Source of the DNA: an uncultured Microthrixaceae bacterium
GTDB lineage: Bacteria > Actinomycetota > Acidimicrobiia > Acidimicrobiales > DATDAH01
Length of the DNA: 64,000 nucleotides
NCBI GenBank assembly: GCA_963725155.1
Contig: CAVRXU010000002.1
Coordinates: forward strand, 994,581-1,058,580
Direction of reading: 5' to 3'
Part shown: positions 9,760 to 18,398 of the stretch, one piece after another
Layout: each line of letters opens with the position of its first letter
Numbering within the stretch: the first letter of the stretch is position 1
Translations under genes and position numbers: made by a program
Notes under the pieces: model-generated
Seen by the model: the letters and a program-made list of their open reading frames with translations, nothing else
Told to the model about the DNA's origin: nothing
The model's database searches: none

Positions 9760-10185
9760 CTAGTGGTGGGGCGAGTCCTCGGCGTTCAGGAGGCGGATGG
9801 CCGTCGTCCGCAGGATCTTCACCGCCACCTTGGGCGAGCGGTCCAGGAGGCTGTCGAACTCGGACTTGTGGAACGCCCGCACCGACATCGGTGACGTCGC
9901 GGTGACGGTCGCCGAGCGGTGGCCGTGGACGAGCAGGGCCATCTCACCGAAGAAGTCGCCGGGCCCGAAGGTGGCCAGCTCCTCATCGTCCCGCGTGGCC
10001 ACCGCGGTGCCGGAGAGCACGAGGAACGCTTCGCTGGCCGCGTCGCCCTGGCGGACCAGCTCCCGCCCCTCCTCGACGTCGACGTCCGTGCCCAGCTCGG
10101 CGACCGCTTCGAGCTCGTGGCGATCCAGGTCGGCGAGCAGCGGTACACCGGCCAGCCGCTTCAGGTAGTCGTCCCGTTGTGCCAT
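9760..10185 (-). CDS. Stand-alone cyclic nucleotide-binding domain protein
   Basis: LVRQGD, GPGDFFGEMALL..RSATV signature; no HTH. Confidence 0.9.
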   Translation of the reverse strand: MAQRDDYLKRLAGVPLLADLDRHELEAVAELGTDVDVEEGRELVRQGDAASEAFLVLSGTAVATRDDEELATFGPGDFFGEMALLVHGHRSATVTATSPMSVRAFHKSEFDSLLDRSPKVAVKILRTTAIRLLNAEDSPHH

Positions 10186-10280
10186 TTGCCCCCTCCAGGT
10201 CCCCCCGAGTGGGCGCAGCGTACCCCGGGGTCCCGATCCGGTTCCTCGAGCGACCTTGGGATACGCTGCCGGATCTCGTA

Positions 10281-11171
10281 ATGGCTTCGCAACATTCAGT
10301 CCGTCGCGACGCGCCCAGCGCTCTGGCCCCCGTCCGGGGCCTGGCCGCGGTGGCGATGGTCGCCCTCGCCGCGGTCTTCGCGCTCGGCGCCGTGACCGCC
10401 GGCGCCGAGACCATGGTCCACCCCGGGCCCCCCTCGTTGGACGGAGCCCAGAACGCCCTGGCGGAGGCGCAGGCGGCCCGGGCCGATGCGATCCAGCGTC
10501 GGGACGAGGGCCAGGCCGATCTGGCCGCCACTCGCCAGGAGATCAGCGCGCTCGGCCTCGAGCAGGCCGCTCTGGCCCACGAGCTGGAGGTGGCCCGTCA
10601 CCGGGTCCGAGTGGTCACGGTCCGGGCCTACACCGGTGGGGCGGGCGCCCGCGAGCTCGACGTCCTGATGGACGCCACCGACATCGGTGAGCACCTCTAC
10701 CGGAGCGAGCTCCTGACCGGGAACGTGGTCGACACGGCGCAGGCCATCGAGGAGTACCAGGCGCTGCGGGCCCAGGCCGACGACCACGTCATCGAGCTGG
10801 CCGAGCGGCTCGACGACGTCCAGGCCGGCATCGAGCAGGCCGAGGCCGACATCGCGCAGGCGGCCGAGGACATCCGCCGGGCGGAGGTCGAGCTCAGCGC
10901 GGCCGAGGCCATGGACGGTGCCAACCGCCGCGATCCGGGGGAAGGGGCCTGGAGCCGACTGCGCTTCTGTGAGTCCGGTGGTGTGTACACGACGAACACG
11001 GGCAACGGCTTCTACGGCGCCTACCAGTTCGACCTCCGGACCTGGCAGACCATGGGCGGCACCGGGCGGCCCTCCACCGCCCCGTACTGGGAGCAGGACA
11101 TGCGGGCCAAGGCCCTCTTCCAGATCCGGGGCGACCAGCCCTGGCCGATCTGCGGGCGGTTCGTGGGCTGA
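10281..11171 (+). CDS. Resuscitation-promoting factor-like transglycosylase with coiled-coil N-terminus
   Basis: Signal peptide, coiled coil, C-terminal W..L..CESGG..NTGNGFYGAYQF..TW..GG..Q..WPIC Rpf domain. Confidence 0.9.
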   Translation: MASQHSVRRDAPSALAPVRGLAAVAMVALAAVFALGAVTAGAETMVHPGPPSLDGAQNALAEAQAARADAIQRRDEGQADLAATRQEISALGLEQAALAHELEVARHRVRVVTVRAYTGGAGARELDVLMDATDIGEHLYRSELLTGNVVDTAQAIEEYQALRAQADDHVIELAERLDDVQAGIEQAEADIAQAAEDIRRAEVELSAAEAMDGANRRDPGEGAWSRLRFCESGGVYTTNTGNGFYGAYQFDLRTWQTMGGTGRPSTAPYWEQDMRAKALFQIRGDQPWPICGRFVG

Positions 11172-11180
11172 GGCCCGGGC

Positions 11181-11204
11181 GGACGGGGCCGAAGGGCCCT
11201 GTCC
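11181..11204 (+). terminator. Stem-loop downstream of the rpf-like gene
   Basis: ggacggggcc-gaag-ggccctgtcc hairpin right after the stop. Confidence 0.5.
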
Positions 11205-11235
11205 CCACGGAGCGCCATGTTGTAACCTGTTTGTA

Positions 11236-11475
11236 ATGAACGCCACGCAGGTGACGCCAGGGCGCAGTTCGACGGCTGCCGGATCAGCCCGCCGGATCGC
11301 CCTCGTGGCCACCTGCGTCATGGCCGTCGCCGGGGCGGGCCTCCTGCTCCACGCCGTCGTGTCCGGCGCCCGTTTCGAGTTGGTGGTCCTGGCCCTCGCC
11401 CTGGCGGCCGGCGCCGCCCTCATCGGCCTCCTGGCCCTGACCCCCGGCCTGTCCGTCACCCGCGACGACAACTGA
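11236..11475 (+). CDS. Small two-TM hypothetical protein
   Basis: Two hydrophobic helices; TAACCT-N7-ATG leaderless promoter. Confidence 0.6.
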   Translation: MNATQVTPGRSSTAAGSARRIALVATCVMAVAGAGLLLHAVVSGARFELVVLALALAAGAALIGLLALTPGLSVTRDDN

Positions 11476-11487
11476 GCGGGTCGCGGC

Positions 11488-12267
11488 TCAGCCCGTGATC
11501 ACCGCCTGGGCCTCCCGCACGCGGTAGGACAACCCGTCGGCGATCGGGATCGACGGGAGGTCGATCCAGTCGGTGCCGTCGATCCGGTAGCGCGGGACGA
11601 GGGCGAAGGCGGCCTCGACCGGTCGGATGCCGTGCTCGGTGAAGCCGTGGCGGACCGGGGAGCGGGCCGGGAAGGCCACGCCCAACCCCCCGATCGCGGT
11701 TGCCCCGTCGCCGAACGCCCACGTGGCCGGCGTCGGGTCGATGCGGACGTCGACGCCGACACCCAGGGCGTCGATGCGGTCGACGATCGGGCGCTGGTCG
11801 TAGCCGGTGGCCCAGAACCAGGACTCGAGGCCGACCAGGCCCGTCGGCATCGGGTTGGCGTGGACCGTGATGCGCGGGACCGGGATGTGGGCCACGTACT
11901 CCTCGACGAGGCGGCGGGCCTCGGCCTCGAGATCGACGGTGTTGTGGGGCCCGACCCAGATGACCTCCACCCCGACGCCGTCACAGGTCAGCAGGCCGAG
12001 GTAGGAGTCCGGTTGGTACGGAGGGATGTCGGCCGGGGGCAGGGCACCGAGGGGCGCCGGGACGATCGCCCAGTCACAGCCGGTGGGGTCGTCGCCCCCA
12101 CCGGCGCCGGTGGCGTGCACCCGGTCGCTGCCCTGCCACCGCACGATGGTGATCGTCACGCCCGAGGTGTCCACGCCGCCCCCGACCGAGCCCCCGGGCG
12201 CCCCGGCCGCCGGGGCGGCACCCACGAGGGCCAGGAGGGCGAGGAGGACGGTCCATCTCCGTGACAC
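11488..12267 (-). CDS. Secreted protein with C-terminal PKD-like beta domain
   Basis: Signal peptide; P..GLVGL..WFW, W.FGDG, V.E.QAV pattern of a common actinobacterial secreted family. Confidence 0.65.
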   Translation of the reverse strand: MSRRWTVLLALLALVGAAPAAGAPGGSVGGGVDTSGVTITIVRWQGSDRVHATGAGGGDDPTGCDWAIVPAPLGALPPADIPPYQPDSYLGLLTCDGVGVEVIWVGPHNTVDLEAEARRLVEEYVAHIPVPRITVHANPMPTGLVGLESWFWATGYDQRPIVDRIDALGVGVDVRIDPTPATWAFGDGATAIGGLGVAFPARSPVRHGFTEHGIRPVEAAFALVPRYRIDGTDWIDLPSIPIADGLSYRVREAQAVITG

Positions 12268-12297
12268 CCTGTCAATCTATTTCAACTCATACAGATG

Positions 12298-13506
12298 TCA
12301 ACTGCTGTCTTCAGCTGGTTCCACATCAGCGTCGGCCCCGGCGTCGCCCGGTTCCACCGACTCCGGTTTGGTGCGGCGGAGGTAGCGCAGGGGCCGGAGG
12401 AAGTCGACCCGGGCCCGGGGGTGGGCGGTGAGCGGGGTCTCGATGACCTCGTGACGGCGCACGTAGGTGGACACGAACGCCTGCAGCGTCGCCGCCGCGG
12501 GAAGGGCCAACAGGGCGCCGATGGGCCCGAGGATGCTGGCCCCGGCGATGACCCCGCCGAAGGCCACGGCCGGGTGGATGTCCATCGTCTCGGCCTGGAT
12601 GGGCGGGGCCAGCAGGTAGTTCTCGATCTGCTGGTAGACGAGGATCGTGGCCAGGACCCACACGGCGTCGATGGGCTTGTCGATCAGGGCGATGACGATG
12701 GGCAGGGCCCCGGCGATGTAGGTCCCGATGGTGGGCACGAACTGGCTGATGAGGCCCACCCAGAGGGCCAGGGGCAGCGGGAAGGGGATGCCGATGATGG
12801 CGAACGCGATCCAGTGCACGAGGGTGGAGCAGAAGGCGAGGATGCCCCGGCTGTAGATGTAGCCACCGGTCTTGTCGATGGCGATCTCCCACACCCTCAG
12901 GACCTCGACCTGGCGGTCCTGGGGCAGCACGGAGAGGATCGCCCGGCGCAGGCGGGGCCCGTCGGCCACCAGGTAGAAGGTGAAGAGGCCGATGGTCAGC
13001 ATCTGGAACAGCACGGCGACCACGGTCGCCCCGGCGCTGACGATGTTGCCCCCCAGCTTGGCCGCGAACTCCTGGGCCGAGCCGCCCTGCTGGAACTCGG
13101 CGATCAGGTCCTCGAAGTCGACGTCGGCGTCGAAGGTGTCGTTGAACCAGTCCTCGGCGTCCTCGATGTAGCGCGGGGCCTCGTCGACGAAGTCCGTGAC
13201 CTGGTTGACCAGGACCGCGCCCATGGCCCAGACGAAGATGGCGCCGGCGATGAGCAGGACGAACATCACCGTGAGGGTCGCCGCCCCGCGACGCCAGCCC
13301 CGCTCGGCCATCCAGTTGACCGCCGGCTCCAGCGCGAAGGACAGGAAGAGGGCGACGAGGAGCATCACCAGCAGGCCCCGTAGGCGCACGACCAGCCACC
13401 AGGCGACGAAGATGGCCAGGCCGGTGCCGAAGAACCACAGGATCGCGCGCGGGATCCACGGCGGCATGGCGTCGCCCCGGATGGCTGGGGACGCCGGGTC
13501 GGCCAT
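12298..13506 (-). CDS. AI-2E family transporter
   Basis: Multi-TM; FYLVADG, QFVPTIG, YQQIENYLLAP, G.LLALPAAA. Confidence 0.9.
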   Translation of the reverse strand: MADPASPAIRGDAMPPWIPRAILWFFGTGLAIFVAWWLVVRLRGLLVMLLVALFLSFALEPAVNWMAERGWRRGAATLTVMFVLLIAGAIFVWAMGAVLVNQVTDFVDEAPRYIEDAEDWFNDTFDADVDFEDLIAEFQQGGSAQEFAAKLGGNIVSAGATVVAVLFQMLTIGLFTFYLVADGPRLRRAILSVLPQDRQVEVLRVWEIAIDKTGGYIYSRGILAFCSTLVHWIAFAIIGIPFPLPLALWVGLISQFVPTIGTYIAGALPIVIALIDKPIDAVWVLATILVYQQIENYLLAPPIQAETMDIHPAVAFGGVIAGASILGPIGALLALPAAATLQAFVSTYVRRHEVIETPLTAHPRARVDFLRPLRYLRRTKPESVEPGDAGADADVEPAEDSS

Positions 13507-13570
13507 GGCCCGACCGTACCTGGTGCGGCGCGCTGGCCTCCGGAGGGTCCGGCGCGGTACAAATTTGGTT

Positions 13571-14188
13571 GTGTTCCCCCCGCACACCCGTCTCGGTGCT
13601 CGTTTCGTCGAGGCCGTCGCCTGGGCGACAGAGCTCCACGCCGATCAGGCCGGCAAGGGGGGGAGCGACATTCCGTTCGTCAGCCACCTCCTGGCGGTCG
13701 CCGCCCTCACCCTCGAGGACGGCGGCGACGAGACCGACGTCGTCATCGCCCTGTGCCACGACGCCGTCGAAGACCAGGGCGGGGACGTCGCGCTGGCCGA
13801 GATCCGACGCCGCTTCGGCCAGGAGGTGGCCGACGCCGTGGCCCTCCTGTCCGACGGTCGGGGCGAGGCCCGGGTCCCCTGGCGGGAGCGGAAGGAGCGC
13901 CTGCTCGGCCAGCTCCGCTCCCCGGAGGCCACTGAGCGCGTCCTGCGGGTGGCGGCCGCCGACAAGCTCGACAACGCCCGGACCCTCCTGGCCGGATTGG
14001 ACCGCGACGGGGCCCGGGCCTGGGAACACCGCGAGGCGGGTCCCGAGGACTACGTCTGGTTCTACCGGTCAGCCGGGGCGATCCTGGCCGAGCGGTACCC
14101 GGGCAGCGCGAACGTCGCCCTGCTCGAGCGGACCGTGGCCGAGCTGGCCGCCTGGGTCCCGCCGGGTCAGCTGGCCCGACCGGCCTGA
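13571..14188 (+). CDS. HD-domain hydrolase, small alarmone hydrolase/Mesh1-like
   Basis: H..Q..KG..PF..HLL.VA, ALCHDAVED, ADKLDN. Confidence 0.8.
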   Translation: MFPPHTRLGARFVEAVAWATELHADQAGKGGSDIPFVSHLLAVAALTLEDGGDETDVVIALCHDAVEDQGGDVALAEIRRRFGQEVADAVALLSDGRGEARVPWRERKERLLGQLRSPEATERVLRVAAADKLDNARTLLAGLDRDGARAWEHREAGPEDYVWFYRSAGAILAERYPGSANVALLERTVAELAAWVPPGQLARPA

Positions 14189-15228
14189 TCTCCGGTCCGC
14201 AACAGGACCAGCAGCCCGCCCATCACCACCGCGGCGCCCAGTCCGGCCAGGACCCAGTTCAGCCAGGGATCGTCCGACCCGGTGACGATCGTCGGCCCGG
14301 CCGCCAGCTCGCCCTGGGCCAGCCCCGCGGCCACCCGCGACGGGTGGTTGCCGTGGACGTCGATGGCCAGGTCGCCGTCCAGTGCCGACGCCGGGGCGTC
14401 GATGCGCAGGTAGCTCAGCCACGCCTCCTCGGGCACCCACGCGCTGTGCCGGTCGGAGCGCAGGTCGTCGAGGAGCAGGTCCGAGGCAGGCTCGGAGCGC
14501 TCGAGGCGCATCGCCTCGGGCCCGAGCAGCGAGGGCTTCTCGTCGGTCAGCAGGAAGACGTCGGCCTCGACCACCTCGGTGCCCGGCTTGTCCAGCCCCA
14601 GGATGTGGATCGGGACCCAGGGGTCCTCGGTGGGGATGGCCAGGTGGACGGGGATGGCATCGCCCTCGGTGAAGTCGTCGGCGGCCGCCAGGTCGGCGTC
14701 GAAGCGGGCGGCCATGAAGTACGGCGACCGATCGGAGTAGAAGTCGAGCACCTCAGGGGCGTCGGCGGAGATGGTGAACCCCTGGTCCTCGGCCCAGGCC
14801 GCCACCTCGGTGCCGCCGCCACGCACGATGGTCACGTCCAGGGCGTCGATCTGCACGTGCTCGAGGACCTCGACGCTCTCCAGGGACGCGGCGGCTGAGT
14901 CGTCGCCGTCGAAGGCCACGGCCCGTGGCGGGGTGATCTCCTGGACCAGGCGCTGCAGGGTCCACCGTCCGGCCCGCTCCACCGTGGTGGGCTCGCCCGG
15001 CAGGGGCACGATGGAGCCGAACGACTCCTCGGGGCTGGCGAAGGCGAAGCTGGTCACGTAGTGCTCCACCCCGTCGACGTGGGCCGCCAGCGTGGTCGTG
15101 CGCAGCAGCTGCACGGCCCCGTTCGGGGCCACCAGCCCACCACAGGCGAAGACGGGCGCGGCCCAGGCCCCCACGAGGGCGAAGGTGGCGGCCAAGGCGG
15201 CGATGACGGTTCGCAGGACAGGACGCAT
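14167..15228 (-). CDS. DUF2330-like exported protein with C-terminal TM
   Basis: Signal peptide ending AC-GG, FG.IVPLP..P, W....GF pattern. Confidence 0.7.
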   Translation of the reverse strand: MRPVLRTVIAALAATFALVGAWAAPVFACGGLVAPNGAVQLLRTTTLAAHVDGVEHYVTSFAFASPEESFGSIVPLPGEPTTVERAGRWTLQRLVQEITPPRAVAFDGDDSAAASLESVEVLEHVQIDALDVTIVRGGGTEVAAWAEDQGFTISADAPEVLDFYSDRSPYFMAARFDADLAAADDFTEGDAIPVHLAIPTEDPWVPIHILGLDKPGTEVVEADVFLLTDEKPSLLGPEAMRLERSEPASDLLLDDLRSDRHSAWVPEEAWLSYLRIDAPASALDGDLAIDVHGNHPSRVAAGLAQGELAAGPTIVTGSDDPWLNWVLAGLGAAVVMGGLLVLLRTGDQAGRAS

Positions 15229-15316
15229 GACGGTCTCCCGGGTCGTGGTCGGGAGGTTGGACGACGCGGGGAGTGCGCCCGGTTCCCGGACCGTCGGTGC
15301 TACAAACCTGGCCAGC

Positions 15317-17107
15317 ATGGGTTCATCACTCCGGGACATCCCCGGCGCCGGTGGGGGCAAGAAGAAGGGCCGCCTCGGCAAGGTGGCTCGGCGCCCGGCC
15401 GGCAAGCCCTGGCAGCCACCGCCGAAGACGGCGGGTCCGACCCGGGCCGCCAAGGCCCGCACCGGTCCGGCCCTGCGCTTCCAGGGCCCGCGGTGGCAGG
15501 TCGACCGCTTCAACCTGCTCCTGGGCCTGGCCTTCGTCGCCCTGTTCGTGATCGGCGGCATCTGGCTCGTACGGGCCAACCGGGTCACGGTGACCAGCGA
15601 CTTCGAGGACGGCGGCGCCGTTCAGACCGCCCACATCCGGAGCCTGGTGATCGACGTGCAGATCCAGCCCGCCAGCCGCATCGAGGACACCACGGTCCGC
15701 CTCGACGGCACCGACATCACCGACGACCTCGAGATCACCGACACGGGCTTCACTTGGACGCCCCCTGACGACGGCATGGAGGAAGGCACCTACGAGCTGT
15801 CCGTCGAGGTGCCGAAGGCGGTCTTCGGCATCGAGACGTGGTCCATGACCTTCGGGGTGGACGACACGCCGCCCGTGCTCGAGGTCCCGACGCCGGAGCG
15901 GATCGGCATCGGCGACGAGCTCACCCTCTCCGGCAGCGTGGACGAACGGGTCGACCTCACCGCCGAGGAGGAGCCGGTCGAGGTCGACGAGGACGGCCAC
16001 TTCAGCGTGACCTTCCCGGTACCCCCCGCGGGGGCCGTCGACTTCGTCGCCACGGATCCCGCCGGGAACGCGACGCCCCTGTCCGTGCCCGTCTCGGTCG
16101 CCCCGCCGTCCACCCATGGGCTGTACCTCTCCGCCGACGCCTGGGCCGACGAGTCACTGCGGGACGGGGCCCTCGCCCTGTTGGACGACGAGCAGGTCGA
16201 CACGGTCGTGCTCGACGTGAAGGACGAGTGCGGTGTCGTGCCCTTCGCCGCCGACCTGGACCTCGCCGGCGAGGTGGGCGCGGTGGACGACCGCTACGAC
16301 CTCGAGGACGCCATCGCCACCGTCCATGACCACGGTGGCCAGGTCATCGCCCGCCTCGTCACCTTCCGGGACCCCCTGCTGGCCCGATGGGCCTGGGCGA
16401 ACGGCCACGAGGACTGGGTCCTGCAGGACACGGCGAACGACCCCTGGCCGGTGTACGGCGACGGTGAGGGCTGCCCCGCGCCCGCCAATGCCGAGCCGAT
16501 CGTCGGTGGCTTCACCAACTACGCCAACCCCGAGGTGTGGGACTACAACCTGGGCCTGGCCGAGGAGGTCGTCGGCCTGGGGGTCGACAACGTGCTGCTC
16601 GACGACGTCCGCCGGCCCGACGGGGATCTCTCCTTCCTCAACGCCGTCGGCATCACCGGCACGACCGTGGAGACGCTGACCGCCTTCCTGGCCGAGGCCC
16701 AGTCCCGGGTGCGGCCCGAGGGGGCCTACCTCGGGGCCACGACGACGGGCATCTCGGTCCGCGACCCTTCGTTCTACGACCAGGACCTGGCGGCCATGGC
16801 CGCCGCGGTGGACTACCTCGCCCCCGAGGTCTACCCCGAGACCTACTCGTCGGGCTACTTCAACCTCCCGGACCCGCAGGCCGCGCCCGGCGATGCGGTG
16901 GCGGGCGCGGTCACGGAGGCGAAGGACCAGCTCGGCGACCGCCCCACCCCGATCGTCCCCTGGCTCCAGGACTACTCGGCGGACCTGCCCTACGGCGTGG
17001 CCGAGGTCCAGGCCCAGGTCGACGGCGCCGCGGCTGCCGGGTCCTGTTCCTGGATCGTCCGCGACACCGAGTTCACCTACACCGCGGGCATCACGGCAGC
17101 TTGTTGA
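15317..17107 (+). CDS. Membrane-anchored putative glycoside hydrolase (DUF4015-like) with Ig-like domains
   Basis: TM, Ig-like repeats (DDTPP, ATDPAGN), VLDVKD, IARLVTFRDP, PEVYP, PWLQDY. Confidence 0.75.
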   Translation: MGSSLRDIPGAGGGKKKGRLGKVARRPAGKPWQPPPKTAGPTRAAKARTGPALRFQGPRWQVDRFNLLLGLAFVALFVIGGIWLVRANRVTVTSDFEDGGAVQTAHIRSLVIDVQIQPASRIEDTTVRLDGTDITDDLEITDTGFTWTPPDDGMEEGTYELSVEVPKAVFGIETWSMTFGVDDTPPVLEVPTPERIGIGDELTLSGSVDERVDLTAEEEPVEVDEDGHFSVTFPVPPAGAVDFVATDPAGNATPLSVPVSVAPPSTHGLYLSADAWADESLRDGALALLDDEQVDTVVLDVKDECGVVPFAADLDLAGEVGAVDDRYDLEDAIATVHDHGGQVIARLVTFRDPLLARWAWANGHEDWVLQDTANDPWPVYGDGEGCPAPANAEPIVGGFTNYANPEVWDYNLGLAEEVVGLGVDNVLLDDVRRPDGDLSFLNAVGITGTTVETLTAFLAEAQSRVRPEGAYLGATTTGISVRDPSFYDQDLAAMAAAVDYLAPEVYPETYSSGYFNLPDPQAAPGDAVAGAVTEAKDQLGDRPTPIVPWLQDYSADLPYGVAEVQAQVDGAAAAGSCSWIVRDTEFTYTAGITAAC

Positions 17108-17642
17108 CGGGGTCGCCGACCCGGACCGTCCCCGCCTCGACGACGAGGGCGTTGATGCCCCGCAGGTTCAGCTCCTTGCCCGGTCCGATGTTGACCCAGC
17201 GCGCCGCGTCGGGTCCGAAGCGTTCGCTGAACTTGGCGCAGCCGGTGTGGGGGAGGGGGCTGACCTCGAGCACGGCGGAGCCGAGGCGCAGGCGGGTCCC
17301 GGCGGGCAGGTTGGCGCACCCCAGGTCCAGGTCGACGTAGAGCTGGTCGCCGGCCAGGGCCCGCCGGTCCGGGTCATCGGCGACGAGGGCGGCGGCCCGC
17401 GCGTTCATCAGGGTCACCTGGCGCTCGACCTCGGCGGCACCGTCCTCGGTGTGCCGGCTGCCCCGGGCCAGCCAGTTGTCGCCGACGAGACCGACCTCGG
17501 GGTCGAGGGTCGCCTCGGCCACTTCCTCGCGTGCGCCGGCGTCGGGACGAGCCACGATCAACTCGACCGTGCCCCCGTCCTTCGGGGACCGGCGGATGTC
17601 GTCCAGGCCGGCGTCCAGCTCTTCGGTCGTCAGGTGGGCCAC
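17091..17642 (-). CDS. MOSC domain protein
   Basis: GLVGD, RQVTLM, GDQL, G.AVLEVS..PHTGC.KF, RGINA.V...G.V.VGD. Confidence 0.85.
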   Translation of the reverse strand: MAHLTTEELDAGLDDIRRSPKDGGTVELIVARPDAGAREEVAEATLDPEVGLVGDNWLARGSRHTEDGAAEVERQVTLMNARAAALVADDPDRRALAGDQLYVDLDLGCANLPAGTRLRLGSAVLEVSPLPHTGCAKFSERFGPDAARWVNIGPGKELNLRGINALVVEAGTVRVGDPVNKLP

Positions 17643-17683
17643 CCCGACAGCCTGCCGGTCCCGACGGGGTGGAGCGAGGGAAT

Positions 17684-18388
17684 TCAGCCCGGTTCGGGCA
17701 TCCCGGTGGCGGCCATGTCCTCGGCCAGGGTGGCCCGGATGTGGTCGATGGTGGCCTGTCGGGCCCGGGCCTTGGTGTGGCCGACGGCGCCCCGGCGGAG
17801 CTGGGCCAGGCGACCGGCCTCCTCGCGGGCGGCGCCCTCGAGCTCGTCGGCGGGGACGAGGCGGTCCAGATAGCCGGCGTCGACCGCCCCGGTCGGGTCG
17901 AAGACCTGCCCCTGGACGGTGGCGGCGGTGAAGAAGCGGGGGGAGAGGCGGTCCCGGGCCAGCTCCACGGCGAAGATGGGCAGGCCCATGCCGATGGCCA
18001 CCTCGTTCAGGCCCAGCTTGAAGGGGCCGTCCGCCCCGATGCGGGTGTCGCTGGCCAGGAGCAGGAGGCTGCCCATCGCCAGGGCGTGACCGGTGCAGGC
18101 GGCCACGGTCGGCAGCGGACTGGCGTAGAGCCGGACCAGCAGCTCGGCGCCGGAGCGGACCAGGTCCTGCATGGCCTCCACGCCCGAGGTCATGACTGAC
18201 AGGTCGAACCCCGCGGAGAACTTGCCCTCCCGGCCGATGAGGAGCAGGGCGCCGGCCTCGGTCTCGGCCCGGGTCAGGGCCTCGTCGAGGGCGGCGACGG
18301 TGTCGGGCCCGATGGCGTTGGCCTTGCCGTCATCGAGGCGGAGGACGGCCACCTCGCCGTCGAGGTCGTACCGGAGGATGCTGCTCAC
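17684..18388 (-). CDS. Enoyl-CoA hydratase/crotonase family protein
   Basis: DDGKANA, FSAGFDL, TGHALAMG, GLNEVAIG. Confidence 0.9.
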   Translation of the reverse strand: MSSILRYDLDGEVAVLRLDDGKANAIGPDTVAALDEALTRAETEAGALLLIGREGKFSAGFDLSVMTSGVEAMQDLVRSGAELLVRLYASPLPTVAACTGHALAMGSLLLLASDTRIGADGPFKLGLNEVAIGMGLPIFAVELARDRLSPRFFTAATVQGQVFDPTGAVDAGYLDRLVPADELEGAAREEAGRLAQLRRGAVGHTKARARQATIDHIRATLAEDMAATGMPEPG

Positions 18389-18398
18389 CCAGCCGACG

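Noticed and set aside
10186-10280. c-di-AMP (ydaO) riboswitch upstream of the rpf-like gene
   Set aside because: Intergenic region too short and lacks recognisable conserved riboswitch motifs
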